Under the pieces are notes generated by a model. The model searched no databases, was not told the origin of the DNA, and saw only the letters and a list, made by a program, of their open reading frames with translations. A program made the position numbers and the translations under genes. Shown here in pieces: positions 62,329 through 64,000 of a DNA stretch of 64,000 bases. How positions within the stretch are numbered: position 1 is the stretch's first letter; every line of letters starts with the position of its first letter. This DNA comes from an uncultured Bacilli bacterium (GTDB taxonomy: Bacteria; Bacillota_I; Bacilli_A; RF39; UBA660), in assembly GCA_934096265.1 (NCBI GenBank), contig CAKOLI010000006.1, positions 253-64,252 on the forward strand. The letters are read 5' to 3'.

Positions 62329-64000
62329 ATGTTTAAACAAATAATAAGCATAAACAAAAACAACACCGAAATTTTAATAGATGAAAAATCCATAAGTGAA
62401 GATATACTAAATTACTATGTAGTATTTACTGATGAAAGCAAACAAATACTAGGAGAAATAAGCGAAGTAAACAAAGATAAAGTAAAAATTAATTTTCTAG
62501 GAGAATTAAAAGAGGGCAAATTTATAAGTGGTATCATAAGAAAACCTTCTCTAAACTCTCAAATAAGAATAATTAACGACGAAGAACTAAAAATCTTAAT
62601 AGGAGAAGAAACAGATAACAATATGGTCTTAGGACTATCCCCTCTATATCAAGATAAAACAATATATATAAATATTAATGATATGTTTTCTAACCACAGT
62701 GCCATCTTTGGTAACACTGGCTCTGGTAAAACATACGGAGTATCAAGATTAGTCCAAAACCTATTTACCAAGCAAAACATAATACCTTTTTACTCTAATA
62801 TCTTCATATTTAACTCCACTAATGAATATGATAATGCCTTCTCAAGCATAAACAAAATAAATCCTAACTTTAACTACAAAATATTTACTACTAATACAAA
62901 CCAATCAAACATACCAATACTAAAAATACCACTTTGGCAACTAAGCTCAGACGACTACGCTAACCTCCTAGACGTAACCGAATACTCTCAAATCAACATT
63001 ATCGATAAAATGCTAATATACGTAAGTGCCTTTGCTAAAAACGATGAATACTCTATAAAATATAAAAATCACTTAATATCCTCCGCAATAATCTCAGTAC
63101 TATATACAAACCAAACCTCCGCTCGTATCCGTGACCAAATATTCAACATTCTAACCATATGCAACACCAATGAATTAAACTTAGATGTTGAAATACAAGG
63201 AGTAGGTTACACAAGACAATTAAGAAAATGCTTTGATATAGACTCTAAAGGAGACTTTGTAGAAAGATTATTAGTAACACAATATATAGAAAACTTCCTA
63301 AGCCCAAATACTAAATGGAAAGAAGAGTACGAAGAAGTATTCTACACCCTAGATGACCTAGAAGAAGCTCTAAACTTTACTCTAATATCAGAAGGATTAC
63401 TCCTAAATGACAAATACTATGCAGAAGCCATCGCATTAAAAGTAAAACTACATACAATATGCAACAGTTCCTATAAAAAATTCTTTAACTACGATAAATT
63501 CATCACCTTAAATGAATATATAAATGAATTAGTAATGTTATCTCCTAATAAAAGATGCCAAATAATTAACTTTGTCCTAGAAGATATAGATGATCGTATG
63601 GCCAAAGCTTTAACCAAAATATATTCCAGATTAATATTCAAATTCTCAAGAAACCTAAAAGAAAGAGGAGCTTTCCCAATACATATAATGCTAGAAGAAG
63701 CTCATAGATACGTCCAAAAAGATTTTGATAACAAAACACTAGGCTATAACATATTTGAAAGAATAGCTAAAGAAGGTAGAAAATATGGAGTCATCATAGA
63801 CTTAATAACCCAAAGACCAACAGAATTATCCGAAACAGTATTAAGCCAATGTACCAACTTCCTAATCTTTAAAATTAACCATCCAACAGACCTAGATTAC
63901 ATAGAAAAAATGGTTCCAAATATAAGCCAAGACATAATAGAAAAACAAAAATCACTTCAATCAGGTACATGTATCGCCTTTGGTAAAATGATGAAACTTC
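62329..64000 (+). CDS. HerA/DUF87-family ATPase, 5' portion (runs off the window)
   Basis: Not in the ORF track because no stop is reached. ATG at 62329 is preceded by AGGAAGTGA. The frame stays open to nt 64000. N-terminal barrel-like domain, Walker A AIFGNTGSGKTYG, Walker B IHIMLEEAHRY, and GRKYGVIIDLITQRPTELSETVLSQCTNFLIFKINHPTD. Confidence 0.8.
   Translation, partial: MFKQIISINKNNTEILIDEKSISEDILNYYVVFTDESKQILGEISEVNKDKVKINFLGELKEGKFISGIIRKPSLNSQIRIINDEELKILIGEETDNNMVLGLSPLYQDKTIYININDMFSNHSAIFGNTGSGKTYGVSRLVQNLFTKQNIIPFYSNIFIFNSTNEYDNAFSSINKINPNFNYKIFTTNTNQSNIPILKIPLWQLSSDDYANLLDVTEYSQINIIDKMLIYVSAFAKNDEYSIKYKNHLISSAIISVLYTNQTSARIRDQIFNILTICNTNELNLDVEIQGVGYTRQLRKCFDIDSKGDFVERLLVTQYIENFLSPNTKWKEEYEEVFYTLDDLEEALNFTLISEGLLLNDKYYAEAIALKVKLHTICNSSYKKFFNYDKFITLNEYINELVMLSPNKRCQIINFVLEDIDDRMAKALTKIYSRLIFKFSRNLKERGAFPIHIMLEEAHRYVQKDFDNKTLGYNIFERIAKEGRKYGVIIDLITQRPTELSETVLSQCTNFLIFKINHPTDLDYIEKMVPNISQDIIEKQKSLQSGTCIAFGKMMKL

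Overview
This is a very AT-rich, tightly packed chromosomal segment from a spore-forming Firmicute. Sporulation genes present include spoVG, spoVT, yabG, yabP, yabQ, bofA and veg. The window covers the replication-origin region.

Read leftwards on the minus strand, the order is rpmH-rnpA-yidC-jag-mnmE-mnmG-rsmG-noc-dnaA-dnaN-(comK-like)-recF-gyrB-gyrA. A 1.7-kb gene-free repeat tract and a short SRP RNA follow. Next come tadA-dnaX-ybaB-recR-bofA-holB-ricT-trmN6-rsmI-pth-mfd, ppa on the plus strand, then spoVT, T-box-metG, tatD, yabE-like, rsmA, yabG, veg, spoVG, yabP, yabQ and divIC. Further left are an inverted tilS-ftsH pair and a small accessory patch holding a sortase-anchored VWA/MucBP-like adhesin and an AlkD-like protein. 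The left part ends with soj-spo0J, csp, gltX, cysS, a Zn-peptidase, a Y-family polymerase, tex, nrdD/nrdG, tRNA-Gly and the integrase end of an integrated element. Right of rpmH the coding strand flips to a DUF1538 membrane protein, a tandem P-II-like protein, and a HerA/DUF87 ATPase that runs off the edge.

Main points of interest:
- Eight identical 18-bp palindromes whose core is a symmetric parS site form a centromere-like array between gyrA and tadA.
- Exact 16-bp Noc-binding sites plus everted half-site pairs cluster upstream of noc and again inside the dnaX coding sequence.
- The window encodes both a ParB-type and a Noc-type paralogue, each with the matching helix-turn-helix signature.
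- nrdD is split: its glycyl-radical domain is a separate 54-aa gene with its own ribosome-binding site (RBS).
- A ComK-family gene sits between dnaN and recF.
- The pyrophosphatase carries a SpoVG-like C-terminal domain.
- The rpmH-to-noc block is co-oriented with dnaA instead of divergent from it.

All calls come from reading the sequence and the ORF track. No database search or computation was run.
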